From NCBI GenBank assembly GCA_030526935.1, contig JAUNBY010000003.1, positions 730 through 30,136 of the forward strand: a DNA stretch of 29,407 bases. Direction: 5' to 3'. Of this stretch, positions 1 to 8,067 are shown piece after piece. The stretch comes from Clostridia bacterium (GTDB lineage Bacteria; Bacillota; Clostridia; Christensenellales; Aristaeellaceae). Below the pieces are notes generated by a model. The model had not been told where the DNA came from. It saw nothing but the letters and a program-made list of their open reading frames with translations, and searched no databases. Made by a program: the position numbers and the translations under genes. Within the stretch, counting starts at the first letter, position 1; each line of letters starts with the position of its first letter.

Positions 1-511
1 CACGAAAATCGTTCATAAGCTTCGCGCATTCAACATCCATCATTATGGGGTTTATTATGACCACGGGCATATGTCTGCGAAGTTGCAGAACCTGATTGGT
101 CGCTTCGAGCTTTGAAGTAGCGTCCATAACGTCCCCGCTGAACAATACTCCGTCGAGTCTCTTGCCAATGAGCATGTCTATGAACTCCGACGGTATAGGG
201 GAGCCTTTCTTCATCTGGTATAAAAGCGCCGAATAACCGTTTGCCTGCGCGGTATTCTGAGCGGCTATGCACAATCTCGAATAGTAAGGATTATCCAAAA
301 AGGGCAGTACTATGCCAAGCGCCCTCGACTTGCGCTTATTCAATGAAGCCGCGATCATATTGGGGGTATAGCCGTATCTTTCAACGACGGCTTCCACCTT
401 TTCGCGCGTTGACTGCCTGACGGAACCGGCGCCTGACAGCACCCGCGATACCGTGGCTATGGATACTCCCGCTTCTTTTGCTATATCTACAATCGTCACA
501 TTATCGCTCAT
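1..511 (-). CDS. LacI-family transcriptional regulator (5' part only; runs off the left edge; absent from the ORF track)
   Basis: Manual translation from ATG at 511: MSDNVTIVDIAKEAGVSIATVSRVLSGAGSVRQSTREKVEAVVERYGYTPNMIAASL..., the LacI HTH signature (TIxDIAxxAGVSxATVSRVL), then a hinge helix and the start of a sugar-binding domain (LGIVLPFLDNPYYSRL). GAGGGG RBS upstream. Confidence 0.93.
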   Translation of the reverse strand, partial: MSDNVTIVDIAKEAGVSIATVSRVLSGAGSVRQSTREKVEAVVERYGYTPNMIAASLNKRKSRALGIVLPFLDNPYYSRLCIAAQNTAQANGYSALLYQMKKGSPIPSEFIDMLIGKRLDGVLFSGDVMDATSKLEATNQVLQLRRHMPVVIINPIMMDVECAKLMNDFR

Positions 512-542
512 GCTTCATCCCCCTCGAGGGTATTTGCCATAT

Positions 543-571
543 ATTATACACCATAGAAAAAACGTTTACAA
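543..571 (-). promoter_or_regulatory. Putative sigma-A promoter of the LacI gene
   Basis: Minus strand TTGTAA (571-566), 17 bp spacer, TATAAT (548-543), about 30 nt upstream of the start codon. Confidence 0.6.
557..570. promoter_or_regulatory. Imperfect LacI-type operator overlapping the lacI -35
   Basis: AAAAAACGTTTACA shares the CGTTTACA right half with the site at 706-719. Confidence 0.45.
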
Positions 572-667
572 TATCAAGACAGGCATAAATTGATAATTAA
601 CCGTATTTGAATTTTTATTATTTGTTTAGCATAAATTTCTGCCATATATTTTTTTATACTGCACAGG

Positions 668-696
668 TTGACACTCAAACTGGTACATGATATAAT
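668..696 (+). promoter_or_regulatory. Consensus sigma-A promoter of the ABC operon (extended -10)
   Basis: TTGACA (668-673), 17 bp, TATAAT (691-696), with TG at 688-689. Confidence 0.88.
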
Positions 697-705
697 TTCA
701 ACAAT

Positions 706-719
706 TGAAAGCGTTTACA
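706..719. promoter_or_regulatory. LacI-family operator / cre-like site just downstream of the transcription start
   Basis: TGAAAGCGTTTACA fits the cre consensus TGWAANCGNTNWCA at every position and has the central CG typical of LacI operators. Confidence 0.75.
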
Positions 720-772
720 TGTTGTCCATGCGGCGACGATGCCGTTAATAATATTTTGAGGAGAGATGTACC

Positions 773-2041
773 ATGAAGAAACTGTTTGCAGTATTGCTTG
801 CCCTCGTTCTGACCTTCGGCGTTTTCTCGGCTCTGGCCGAGCAAGAGCAGAAGCTTACCGTGTGGTGCTGGGATCCGGCGTTCAACCTCTACGCCATGGA
901 GGAAGCGGCGAAGGTCTATCAGCAGGATCATCCCGATTTCGTTATCGATATAGTCGAAGTTCCCTGGAACGACATACAGACCAGAGTGATAACCGCCGCG
1001 ATGGCGGGCGACATCAGCACGCTTCCCGATATATTCCTCTGCCAGGACAACGCCTTCCAGAAAAACGTAATCAACTATCCCGAGCTTTTCATGGATATTA
1101 CCGAAGGCGGCGTGGATTTCAGCCAATTTGCCGAGGCTAAGACGTCCTATTCCGTGGTAGACGGCAGGAACTACGGCGTTCCGTTCGATAACGGAGCGGT
1201 CGTATCCGCCATTCGCACCGATTATCTCGAGGAAGCCGGATATACCGTAGATGACCTGACCGACATAACCTGGTCGCGTTTCATCGAGATAGGCAAGGAC
1301 ATTCTCGCCAAGACCGGAAGGCCCATGCTCACCGGCGTAGCCGGAGAACCCGATCTGATAATGATGATGCTTCAAAGCTGCGGAGCGTCTCTGTTCAACG
1401 AAGACGGCTCGCTCAATATAAAGGGCAACGAAGATCTTAAGCAGGTCGTCGAGACCTTCACTACCCTCGTAAGCGAAGGCATATACGTCGAAGTAGTCGG
1501 TTGGGATAACTACGTGGCATCCCTCGTAAACGGCAACGTCACCGGCACGATCAACGGCTGCTGGATACTCGCCTCCATACAGACCGCCGCCGACCAGTCC
1601 GGCAAGTGGGCCGTCACCAATATGCCCAGCCTCGACGGCATTGACACCGCGACCAATTACTCCAACAACGGCGGCTCCTCCTGGGCTGTCAGCGCGAACT
1701 GCCAGAATTACGAACTTGCCAACGACTTCCTCGCCAAGACCTTCGGCGGAAGCGTCGAGTTCTATGAGACCATACTTCCCGCCTCCGGAGCGCTCGCGAC
1801 CTATCTGCCCGCCGGAGACAGCGACGTGTACGGCGAACCGCAGGAGTTCTTCGCGGGTCAGCCGATCTACTCCGATATCACCGCCTACGCCGCGCTCATC
1901 CCCTCCAACGCCCCAGGCGTGTACTACTATGAAGCGCGCGACGCCATCGCCGTCGCCATGTCTCAGGTTCTCTCGGGAGCGGACATAGACGCCGCCCTCG
2001 ACGAAGCCGATATGACGGTTTCTTTCCAGATGGGCATATAG
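773..2041 (+). CDS. Carbohydrate ABC transporter substrate-binding protein (lactose/arabino- or galacto-oligosaccharide-type family)
   Basis: 422 aa; N-terminal signal peptide; LTVWCWD and PDIF motifs typical of sugar-binding proteins; very acidic; GAGGAG RBS; first gene ahead of two permeases. Confidence 0.92.
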   Translation: MKKLFAVLLALVLTFGVFSALAEQEQKLTVWCWDPAFNLYAMEEAAKVYQQDHPDFVIDIVEVPWNDIQTRVITAAMAGDISTLPDIFLCQDNAFQKNVINYPELFMDITEGGVDFSQFAEAKTSYSVVDGRNYGVPFDNGAVVSAIRTDYLEEAGYTVDDLTDITWSRFIEIGKDILAKTGRPMLTGVAGEPDLIMMMLQSCGASLFNEDGSLNIKGNEDLKQVVETFTTLVSEGIYVEVVGWDNYVASLVNGNVTGTINGCWILASIQTAADQSGKWAVTNMPSLDGIDTATNYSNNGGSSWAVSANCQNYELANDFLAKTFGGSVEFYETILPASGALATYLPAGDSDVYGEPQEFFAGQPIYSDITAYAALIPSNAPGVYYYEARDAIAVAMSQVLSGADIDAALDEADMTVSFQMGI

Positions 2042-2051
2042 TAAACGATCG

Positions 2052-2081
2052 GGCGACCGGAAGCGCTGGCTTCCGGTCGCC
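2052..2081 (+). other. Intercistronic 13-bp perfect stem-loop (likely stabilises the binding-protein mRNA or partially terminates)
   Basis: GGCGACCGGAAGC-GCTG-GCTTCCGGTCGCC, without a long U-tract, between the binding-protein stop and the first permease. Confidence 0.75.
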
Positions 2082-2106
2082 TTAATAATACCATGGGGGT
2101 GGCGCA

Positions 2107-3003
2107 ATGAGTAGTATTGGCCGAACAAAGGGCATGTCTTTGAGCCGCAAGCAGAATCTGACCGGATGGGTATTTCTATCGATAGCGGCCATAATGATCG
2201 TTTGGATGAACTTTTATCCTATGGTGCGGGCGCTTCTGTTGTCGTTTCAATCGGGACAGGGAGCGAGGATGAGTTATGCGGGCATTCGCAATTACGAATA
2301 CCTTATAAAAGACCCGATATTCAGACAGGCGTTGATAAACAACTTCCTCTTCCTGATCATCCAGGTGCCGGTAATGCTCGTGCTGGCGCTCATACTGGCA
2401 ACCATGCTCAACGACCGCAGTCTCAGGCTACGCGGCGTTTTCAGAACCGCAATATTCTTGCCATGCGCGACGTCGCTCGTTTCTTACGCGATAGTTTTCC
2501 GCGCGCTTTTTTCTGTAGACGGTTTCGTCAACACCATACTCCTTAACGCGGGTATCATCGACACCGCCATAAACTGGCTAAACGAAGCCGGTACCGCCCG
2601 TTTCGTGGTAATAATAGCGCTTATATGGCGCTGGACGGGATACAATATGGTGTTCTACCTGTCCGGCCTTCAGAATATTGACCATTCCATCTACGAAGCG
2701 GCTAGAATAGACGGCGCCAATCACTTTCAGCAGTTCACGAGAATAACAGCGCCGCTTTTAAAACCCATAATACTTCTCACGGCCATATTATCTACAAATG
2801 GTACGTTGCAGCTTTTCGACGAATCGTTCAACCTCACGCGCGGAGGCCCCGCAAACATGACCATCACGATGAGCCACTACATATACAAGACTTCGTTCGA
2901 AGGCGTGCCGAGGTTTGGCTATTCGGCGGCGATGTCATATGTCATATTCCTGCTTGTAGCCATATTGGCGTTTTGCCAGATGAAGGTGGGTGACAAGCGA
3001 TGA
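2107..3003 (+). CDS. Carbohydrate ABC transporter permease (MalF/LacF-like)
   Basis: 298 aa, several hydrophobic segments, EAA motif IYEAARIDGANHFQQFTRIT. Confidence 0.93.
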   Translation: MSSIGRTKGMSLSRKQNLTGWVFLSIAAIMIVWMNFYPMVRALLLSFQSGQGARMSYAGIRNYEYLIKDPIFRQALINNFLFLIIQVPVMLVLALILATMLNDRSLRLRGVFRTAIFLPCATSLVSYAIVFRALFSVDGFVNTILLNAGIIDTAINWLNEAGTARFVVIIALIWRWTGYNMVFYLSGLQNIDHSIYEAARIDGANHFQQFTRITAPLLKPIILLTAILSTNGTLQLFDESFNLTRGGPANMTITMSHYIYKTSFEGVPRFGYSAAMSYVIFLLVAILAFCQMKVGDKR

Positions 3004-3809
3004 AGCGAACTGTCGCAACAGTGTGCAAATATCTGTTTTTAATAATCGTATCTTTATTGTCGGTATTTCCATTATATTGGATGGTCGTATCGGCAACCAA
3101 CACTTCAAGGGACGTACTGAGCGGACTTCTTCTTCCCGGAACCAATATGGCCGAAAACTACACGACGCTCCTCGCGAGTCAGAATCTTTGGCAGGCCATG
3201 AAAAACTCGCTCGTCAATTCCATGCTTTTGACGATTACATCGCTTCTCGTGTGTTCTTTGGCGGGCTACGGCTTTGAGATATATCACGATAAGCATAAGG
3301 ACCGCGTAATGTCCATACTGCTATTGGCGATGATGGTTCCGTTCGCGGCGACAATGATACCGCTTTTTCAGATGTTTTCACAGATGAAGCTTCTCAATAC
3401 CTATTTGGGCTTCATCCTCCCGACCATATCGACGCCCTTTCTGATAATGATGTTCAGGCAGTCGGCGAGGTCGTTCCCTCACGACATAATCGAAGCCGCC
3501 CGCATAGACGGGCTGAACGAGGTATCGATTTTCTTTCGCATGTTCATACCGACAATGAAATCCACCTACGCCGCCGCGATGACCATAACGTTCATGAACG
3601 CCTGGAACAACTACCTGTGGCCAAAGGTCATAATGCAGTCAAACGAGGCGTTGACAATGCCCATGCTCATAGCTAACCTCATCGCCGGATACGTTACCGA
3701 CTACGGCGCGCTGATGCTGGGCGTTACGCTTTGTACGCTGCCGACGGTCATAGTATTCTTCGCGCTTCAAAAGAACTTTACAGAGGGAATCGCGGGGGCT
3801 ATCAAATAG
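3000..3809 (+). CDS. Carbohydrate ABC transporter permease (MalG/LacG-like)
   Basis: 269 aa, EAA motif IIEAARIDGLNEVSIFFRM, FMNAWNNYLWP motif; ATGA overlap with the previous gene. Confidence 0.93.
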   Translation: MKRTVATVCKYLFLIIVSLLSVFPLYWMVVSATNTSRDVLSGLLLPGTNMAENYTTLLASQNLWQAMKNSLVNSMLLTITSLLVCSLAGYGFEIYHDKHKDRVMSILLLAMMVPFAATMIPLFQMFSQMKLLNTYLGFILPTISTPFLIMMFRQSARSFPHDIIEAARIDGLNEVSIFFRMFIPTMKSTYAAAMTITFMNAWNNYLWPKVIMQSNEALTMPMLIANLIAGYVTDYGALMLGVTLCTLPTVIVFFALQKNFTEGIAGAIK

Positions 3810-3861
3810 CTGATTTGCCAAAAGCCCCTTTATCCGGCAGACAACGCCAGGCGCACAGCCG

Positions 3862-5529
3862 TCATTCCTCGCGCCCCGGAAGCGTCAGCGTGACTTTCGC
3901 GCCGCTTCCGGGGATATTTTCCGCCTTGAAGCTCGCTCTTCCCGCGTAATAGAGTTCCAGCGTCGAGCGAAGGTTGCGTATCCCAAAGCCCGCTTCGGCG
4001 CCGGTGTTTATCGCGTCGAGGGAGGCGGCGGAGAAACCGGGGCCGCTGTCCTCTACCTGAACGGTCAATACGCCCTGCGACATGGAGCATTTGACGAATA
4101 CGCTGAGCTGCCCCTCCCCCATGCCGTGCTTTACGCTGTTTTCGACGAGCGTCTGTATGAGCATGGCGGGAATGGTGGCGGCTTTCGCCTCGTTATCCGC
4201 GTCAGCCAGGTAGAAAATCCTCTCGGGATAGCGCACGAGCTGCATTCCTATGAAATAATCGGTTTGCCTCAATTCCTCGGCGACGGTGATAAGTGTGAAG
4301 TCGTTTCTGAACATGCAGCGGGCGAACCCCGAAAAATCGGCTATGAATTTGTACAGCTGCTCGTTTTTTCCCTGAAGGGCGAGGTTGTTGATTGTGGTCA
4401 GGCAGTTTAGTATGAAATGCGGCTTAATCTGCGTCTGGTAAAACCTCAATTCCATCTGCTGCTTGCGGATTACCTGCTCGTAGTTCTCTATCTTCAGGTG
4501 TTCTATCTGGTCGGCCATATGATTAAACGCCGAGTTTATCTCGACGAATTCCCGCGCCTCGCCGTTTACGAGTATATTCTCCCTCTCGCGGGTAAGCCCG
4601 AAACGCGATATGGCGCGCGTGAGGCGATCAAGCGGCAATAGTATACTGCGCCTTAAGCTGTAAAGCATTCCGCCAACCGAAACGACGCATAGCGCTATCA
4701 GAAACATCAGCGTCCAGCGCGTCCAGGCTATGTCGGCCTGTATTTCCGAGTCCTTCGCGACCATCATCAGTCTGAACGGCCCGACCTCCGATATGGCGCC
4801 GCTGACTATGACGTTGTTGTCCTCGCCCGTGACGTAATAACCGTCCAGTTCCCCCGTCAGGTCTATGCCCTCGCCATAATCGTCGGGAAGGCTCGTGGTC
4901 ACCACGTAGCCCGAGTGCTTGGCGAGGACGAAGTTGTAATTATTCTCTACATTAAATGGAACGCTCGACAAAAGGGTCTCCGGCTCTATGCATATTCCGA
5001 TAAGCGCCGTATCAAACTTCAACGACGTCAGGAAAGCGCAACTGTTCCCCGCCGGGACGACCGTCCAATCGGTCTCGAAGGACTTGCCAAACTGCGCTAC
5101 GGATTCGACGGCGTCCTTCAACTCGTCGTAGCGATCGTATTCTATGCGGTCGGAAACCTCGAAAATAGCCGTCGGGTATTCGGAGGATATTATAAACGCC
5201 ATGTCGATCGACGGATAAAGCGCCGTGCCGTCCGAAAGCAATTGCGCATAACGCTTCTGCGCGGATACGCGCTCGACTTCGTCCGCGCTTGAAAGCTGGG
5301 CGACGCCTTCGTCGGATTCAAACTGCACCGTCAGCCAGCGGCGAATGTCGTTTAGCACGTCGTCTATTTCATGTATGTATATTCCGCACAAAAGGGAGCC
5401 TTCGTTGGACGCGCGCTCGCGCAGAACGGAGGTAATATTCGCGTGGTAGACAATCATGTAGGCGACGAGCGCAAGCATGATGAGGAGCATTTGCGGTATA
5501 AACCGCCTTCGCAGGGAGCCGTTTTTCAT
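3862..5529 (-). CDS. Sensor histidine kinase, YesM/LytS-type (two TMs, extracellular sensor, HAMP, His_kinase, HATPase)
   Basis: H-box QIKPHFILNCL, N-box LVENSVKHG, G1 VEDSGPGF, G2 GFGIRNL, HAMP-like PLDRLTRAI...EFVEINSAFNHM; GGAGG RBS. Confidence 0.9.
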   Translation of the reverse strand: MKNGSLRRRFIPQMLLIMLALVAYMIVYHANITSVLRERASNEGSLLCGIYIHEIDDVLNDIRRWLTVQFESDEGVAQLSSADEVERVSAQKRYAQLLSDGTALYPSIDMAFIISSEYPTAIFEVSDRIEYDRYDELKDAVESVAQFGKSFETDWTVVPAGNSCAFLTSLKFDTALIGICIEPETLLSSVPFNVENNYNFVLAKHSGYVVTTSLPDDYGEGIDLTGELDGYYVTGEDNNVIVSGAISEVGPFRLMMVAKDSEIQADIAWTRWTLMFLIALCVVSVGGMLYSLRRSILLPLDRLTRAISRFGLTRERENILVNGEAREFVEINSAFNHMADQIEHLKIENYEQVIRKQQMELRFYQTQIKPHFILNCLTTINNLALQGKNEQLYKFIADFSGFARCMFRNDFTLITVAEELRQTDYFIGMQLVRYPERIFYLADADNEAKAATIPAMLIQTLVENSVKHGMGEGQLSVFVKCSMSQGVLTVQVEDSGPGFSAASLDAINTGAEAGFGIRNLRSTLELYYAGRASFKAENIPGSGAKVTLTLPGREE

Positions 5530-5559
5530 ATCATATGCCTCCGTGCATGGTTTTTAATA

Positions 5560-5598
5560 ATTCTATGCCTTTTCATCTCCCCGTCAAGCTGTTATACT
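5560..5598. promoter_or_regulatory. Overlapping divergent promoters for the kinase (-) and the response regulator (+)
   Basis: Minus: TTGACG (5587-5582), 16 bp, TAGAAT (5565-5560). Plus: TTTTCA (5570-5575), 17 bp, TATACT (5593-5598) with TG extension. Confidence 0.5.
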
Positions 5599-5619
5599 TG
5601 ATAAAACGGCGAAAAGGAG

Positions 5620-6702
5620 ATGAAGGGCTTGACACTGTTCATTCTCGAGGACGACCCTACGATGCTTGAGACGCTCAAAACGCGCATCGACTGGGCGGGC
5701 ATGGGTTTTGACCGCGTGCTTTCTGCCGAAAGCGTGCCGCAGGGGCGTAAGCTTCTCGCGGAAAATGGCGCGCAGCTTTTGCTTTTGGACGTCGAGGTCA
5801 TACGCGGAACCGGCCTGGAACTGCTTCGCTGGGCGCGGGAGCACGGTTTCGACGCCAAGTGCGTATTTCTGACAAATTACGCCAACTTCGATTACGCCAA
5901 GGAAGCCATGCGCCTGGGCAGTCTCGAATACGTGCTGAAGACGGAACCTCTTTCAGCCGTCGAGGACGCCGTAAGGCGGGCGGCTTTGTCCCTGCGCCCG
6001 GAAGCCGTCTACGAGGACGGGGATGAGCCGCTTGTCGCGACCAGCGAGCTTCGAGGCGAATTGCGCTCGCGCGTAACCGAGTGGGAAAAGCTGCTCGTCG
6101 CCGGACACAGGGCGGCGCTTCTGGAAGATATGCGCCGCTATCTCGACGAGCGTGAACGCGCGGGCGACGACAACGCCGGGGTTCGCATGGCGATACAGCA
6201 TGATTTCACTCAGATGGTCTATCAGCTTCTCAAGCGCCGCGACCTTCAGGCGAGCGCCATGTTTGAAAACGACGAGGACGCGCTCGTCTATCGCGCGGCT
6301 CCCAACTCCGCGTTCGACCTTCTCAGGTGGCTCAACCGATTCTGCGACCGCGCGATTTCGCTCCTCTCAAACGCCGAAAGGCGCGAAACAGTGGCTTCAA
6401 GGGTGAGAAATTATATACTTTCTCATTACATGGAGAACCTGACCCGGCAGACCCTCGCCTCCATGTTCTTCGTCAACCCCGACCACCTCTCGCACGTTTT
6501 CAAGAGCGAATACGGCGTTTCCCTCGTGGATTTCATATCGAATACGCGCATCGAGCAGGCGAAACTGCTTTTGCTAAGCGGAGTGAGCGTCAGCGAAACG
6601 GCGGCGCTCGTTGGCTTTGACAACTTCGCCTATTTTTCAACCGTATTCAAAAAACTCGCGGGCGTCACGCCGAGCGAGTTTCGCAAAGGGACGTCCGATT
6701 GA
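5620..6702 (+). CDS. Response regulator with receiver and AraC HTH domains (YesN-like)
   Basis: Receiver motifs ILEDD, LLLLD (phosphoacceptor), FLT, YVLK; C-terminal AraC signature VSETAALVGFDNFAYFSTVFKKLAGVTPSEFR; AGGAG RBS. Confidence 0.92.
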   Translation: MKGLTLFILEDDPTMLETLKTRIDWAGMGFDRVLSAESVPQGRKLLAENGAQLLLLDVEVIRGTGLELLRWAREHGFDAKCVFLTNYANFDYAKEAMRLGSLEYVLKTEPLSAVEDAVRRAALSLRPEAVYEDGDEPLVATSELRGELRSRVTEWEKLLVAGHRAALLEDMRRYLDERERAGDDNAGVRMAIQHDFTQMVYQLLKRRDLQASAMFENDEDALVYRAAPNSAFDLLRWLNRFCDRAISLLSNAERRETVASRVRNYILSHYMENLTRQTLASMFFVNPDHLSHVFKSEYGVSLVDFISNTRIEQAKLLLLSGVSVSETAALVGFDNFAYFSTVFKKLAGVTPSEFRKGTSD

Positions 6703-6785
6703 CTATATTATACTCGAAGCGTCCGATATTTTCTATCAATTTTACGGGTATTGTTTTCAATTAGCATGGCATAATCGAAAAACGA

Positions 6786-6814
6786 GCGCGGGCGGAGCAA
6801 CTTGCCGCCCGTGC
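6786..6814 (-). terminator. GC-rich hairpin, probable terminator between the convergent regulator and amidohydrolase genes
   Basis: GCGCGGGCGG / CCGCCCGTGC 10-bp stem with a 9-nt loop; TTTTT shortly after it on the minus strand. Confidence 0.55.
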
Positions 6815-6820
6815 TGTGTT

Positions 6821-7921
6821 CTACGCCTCGGCCAGCTTTATAAGCGCGCGCGCCCCGCATTCAAGCGCCCGTTCGTCCATCACGAAATTCGGCGAATGAA
6901 GAGGTATTCCGCTTCCGAGTCCGACAAAAATCATCATTATAGGCGCTATTTGCGCGTAAAGCGCGAAATCCTCGGCTATCATGACGGGCTTTTCCATCGT
7001 CTTGAAATCCATATCGCGAAGGGCGCTTTGAGCCTGTTTAAAGAGTTTTTCGTCGTTTATAACGGCACAGGCTCCCGAGGCGAATTCAAGTTCGTATGTC
7101 GCCCCGTATTTCCGGGCGACGCCATCCGCTATCTCGTAAAGCCGTTTTTTCATGTTTTCGTAAACCTCGTCCGAAAACGCCCTCATAGTACCCGTTGCGA
7201 CGGCCTTGTCTGATATGACGTTTACGGCGGTTCCGGAGTTTATCGTTCCGAATTTCAAAAGCCTCGGTATGTCGGCGTCTATGCCCTTCTCCATCTCGAG
7301 AGCGGCGCAAATAAACTCGCAAATGGCGGCAAGCGCGTCTATGCCCTTCTCAGCCATTGCCGCGTGGGAGGATTTGCCATGAAACGTCATATATACCTCG
7401 CTCGTCCTGGCCATCATAGGCCCCGGGCGGGAAGTAACCGTCCCTAACGGCGTCCACGGGTCAACGTGCAGCGCGTAAACCCTCGATACCCTTCGCCTTT
7501 CAAGAACGCCACTTTTAATGACCTCGACCGCCCCCAGCGCCTGTTCTTCCGCCGGTTGAAATATCAAAAGCAGGTTTCTGTTTAATTCTCCTTTATGGGC
7601 AGACGCCCAATCGCCAAGCGCCAGCATCATCGCCATATGTCCGTCGTGTCCGCAGGCGTGCATTTTGCCGGGATTTGTCGAACAAAAATCCACGCCCGAC
7701 GCTTCCGAAATGTTGAGCGCGTCCATATCGCTTCGAAACGCGTATGTTTCATCCTTTCCGGCGTCGAAAAAACAGGCGAACCCCGTTTGGGCGACGGATT
7801 CAGCCTCGCAGTCCCACGCGGAAATCTCGCGCTTTAAAAAATCACTGGTTTCGACAAGGTCGAAGCCGGTCTCGGGTATACTGTGAAGCGCCCTTCTGCG
7901 GCGTATTATTTCGTTAAGCAT
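6821..7921 (-). CDS. M20D amidohydrolase, probable N-acetyl-diaminopimelate deacetylase (YkuR-like)
   Basis: Motifs FRSDMDAL, MHACGHDGH, FQPAEE, LHSPNF. Divergent from dapA-dapB-dapH, whose pathway needs this step. Start moved from 7969 to ATG 7921 (MLNEIIRRRR) because of a GGAG RBS. Confidence 0.8.
   Translation of the reverse strand: MLNEIIRRRRALHSIPETGFDLVETSDFLKREISAWDCEAESVAQTGFACFFDAGKDETYAFRSDMDALNISEASGVDFCSTNPGKMHACGHDGHMAMMLALGDWASAHKGELNRNLLLIFQPAEEQALGAVEVIKSGVLERRRVSRVYALHVDPWTPLGTVTSRPGPMMARTSEVYMTFHGKSSHAAMAEKGIDALAAICEFICAALEMEKGIDADIPRLLKFGTINSGTAVNVISDKAVATGTMRAFSDEVYENMKKRLYEIADGVARKYGATYELEFASGACAVINDEKLFKQAQSALRDMDFKTMEKPVMIAEDFALYAQIAPIMMIFVGLGSGIPLHSPNFVMDERALECGARALIKLAEA
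7275..7351. repeat. Exact 17-bp direct repeat, 60 bp apart, inside the amidohydrolase
   Basis: GCGTCTATGCCCTTCTC at 7275-7291 and 7335-7351; each copy encodes EKGIDA on the minus strand. Confidence 0.9.
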
Positions 7922-7994
7922 ATCATCACTCCAACAGACTATGTTTATAATAGAATAATTATACTTCATGATGGTAAAGATTGAAGGTAAGCGA

Positions 7995-8023
7995 TTGATT
8001 TAAACGGGAAAACCTGTTATTAT
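7995..8023 (+). promoter_or_regulatory. Sigma-A promoter of the dap-met operon
   Basis: TTGATT (7995-8000), 17 bp, TATTAT (8018-8023), TG at 8015-8016; about 40 nt leader ending in a GAGGAGG RBS. Confidence 0.65.
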
Positions 8024-8067
8024 ATCACAAACCGCCGTCATTCTGTTCGCGAGGAGGAGAAAGAAAA

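Noticed and set aside
698-2128. 476-aa antisense ORF spanning the whole binding-protein gene
   Set aside because: It mirrors the sense frame codon for codon, which is expected when a strongly C-ending gene has few antisense stops. No RBS or recognisable motif.
5526-5534. ATGATATGA mini-ORF (Met-Ile-stop) overlapping the kinase start on the minus strand
   Set aside because: Its ATG is only 3 nt from the GGAGG RBS whereas the kinase ATG is at 8 nt; most likely incidental.
7922-8067. Lysine riboswitch upstream of dapA
   Set aside because: The leader after the promoter is only about 40 nt and has no L-box structure or terminator.
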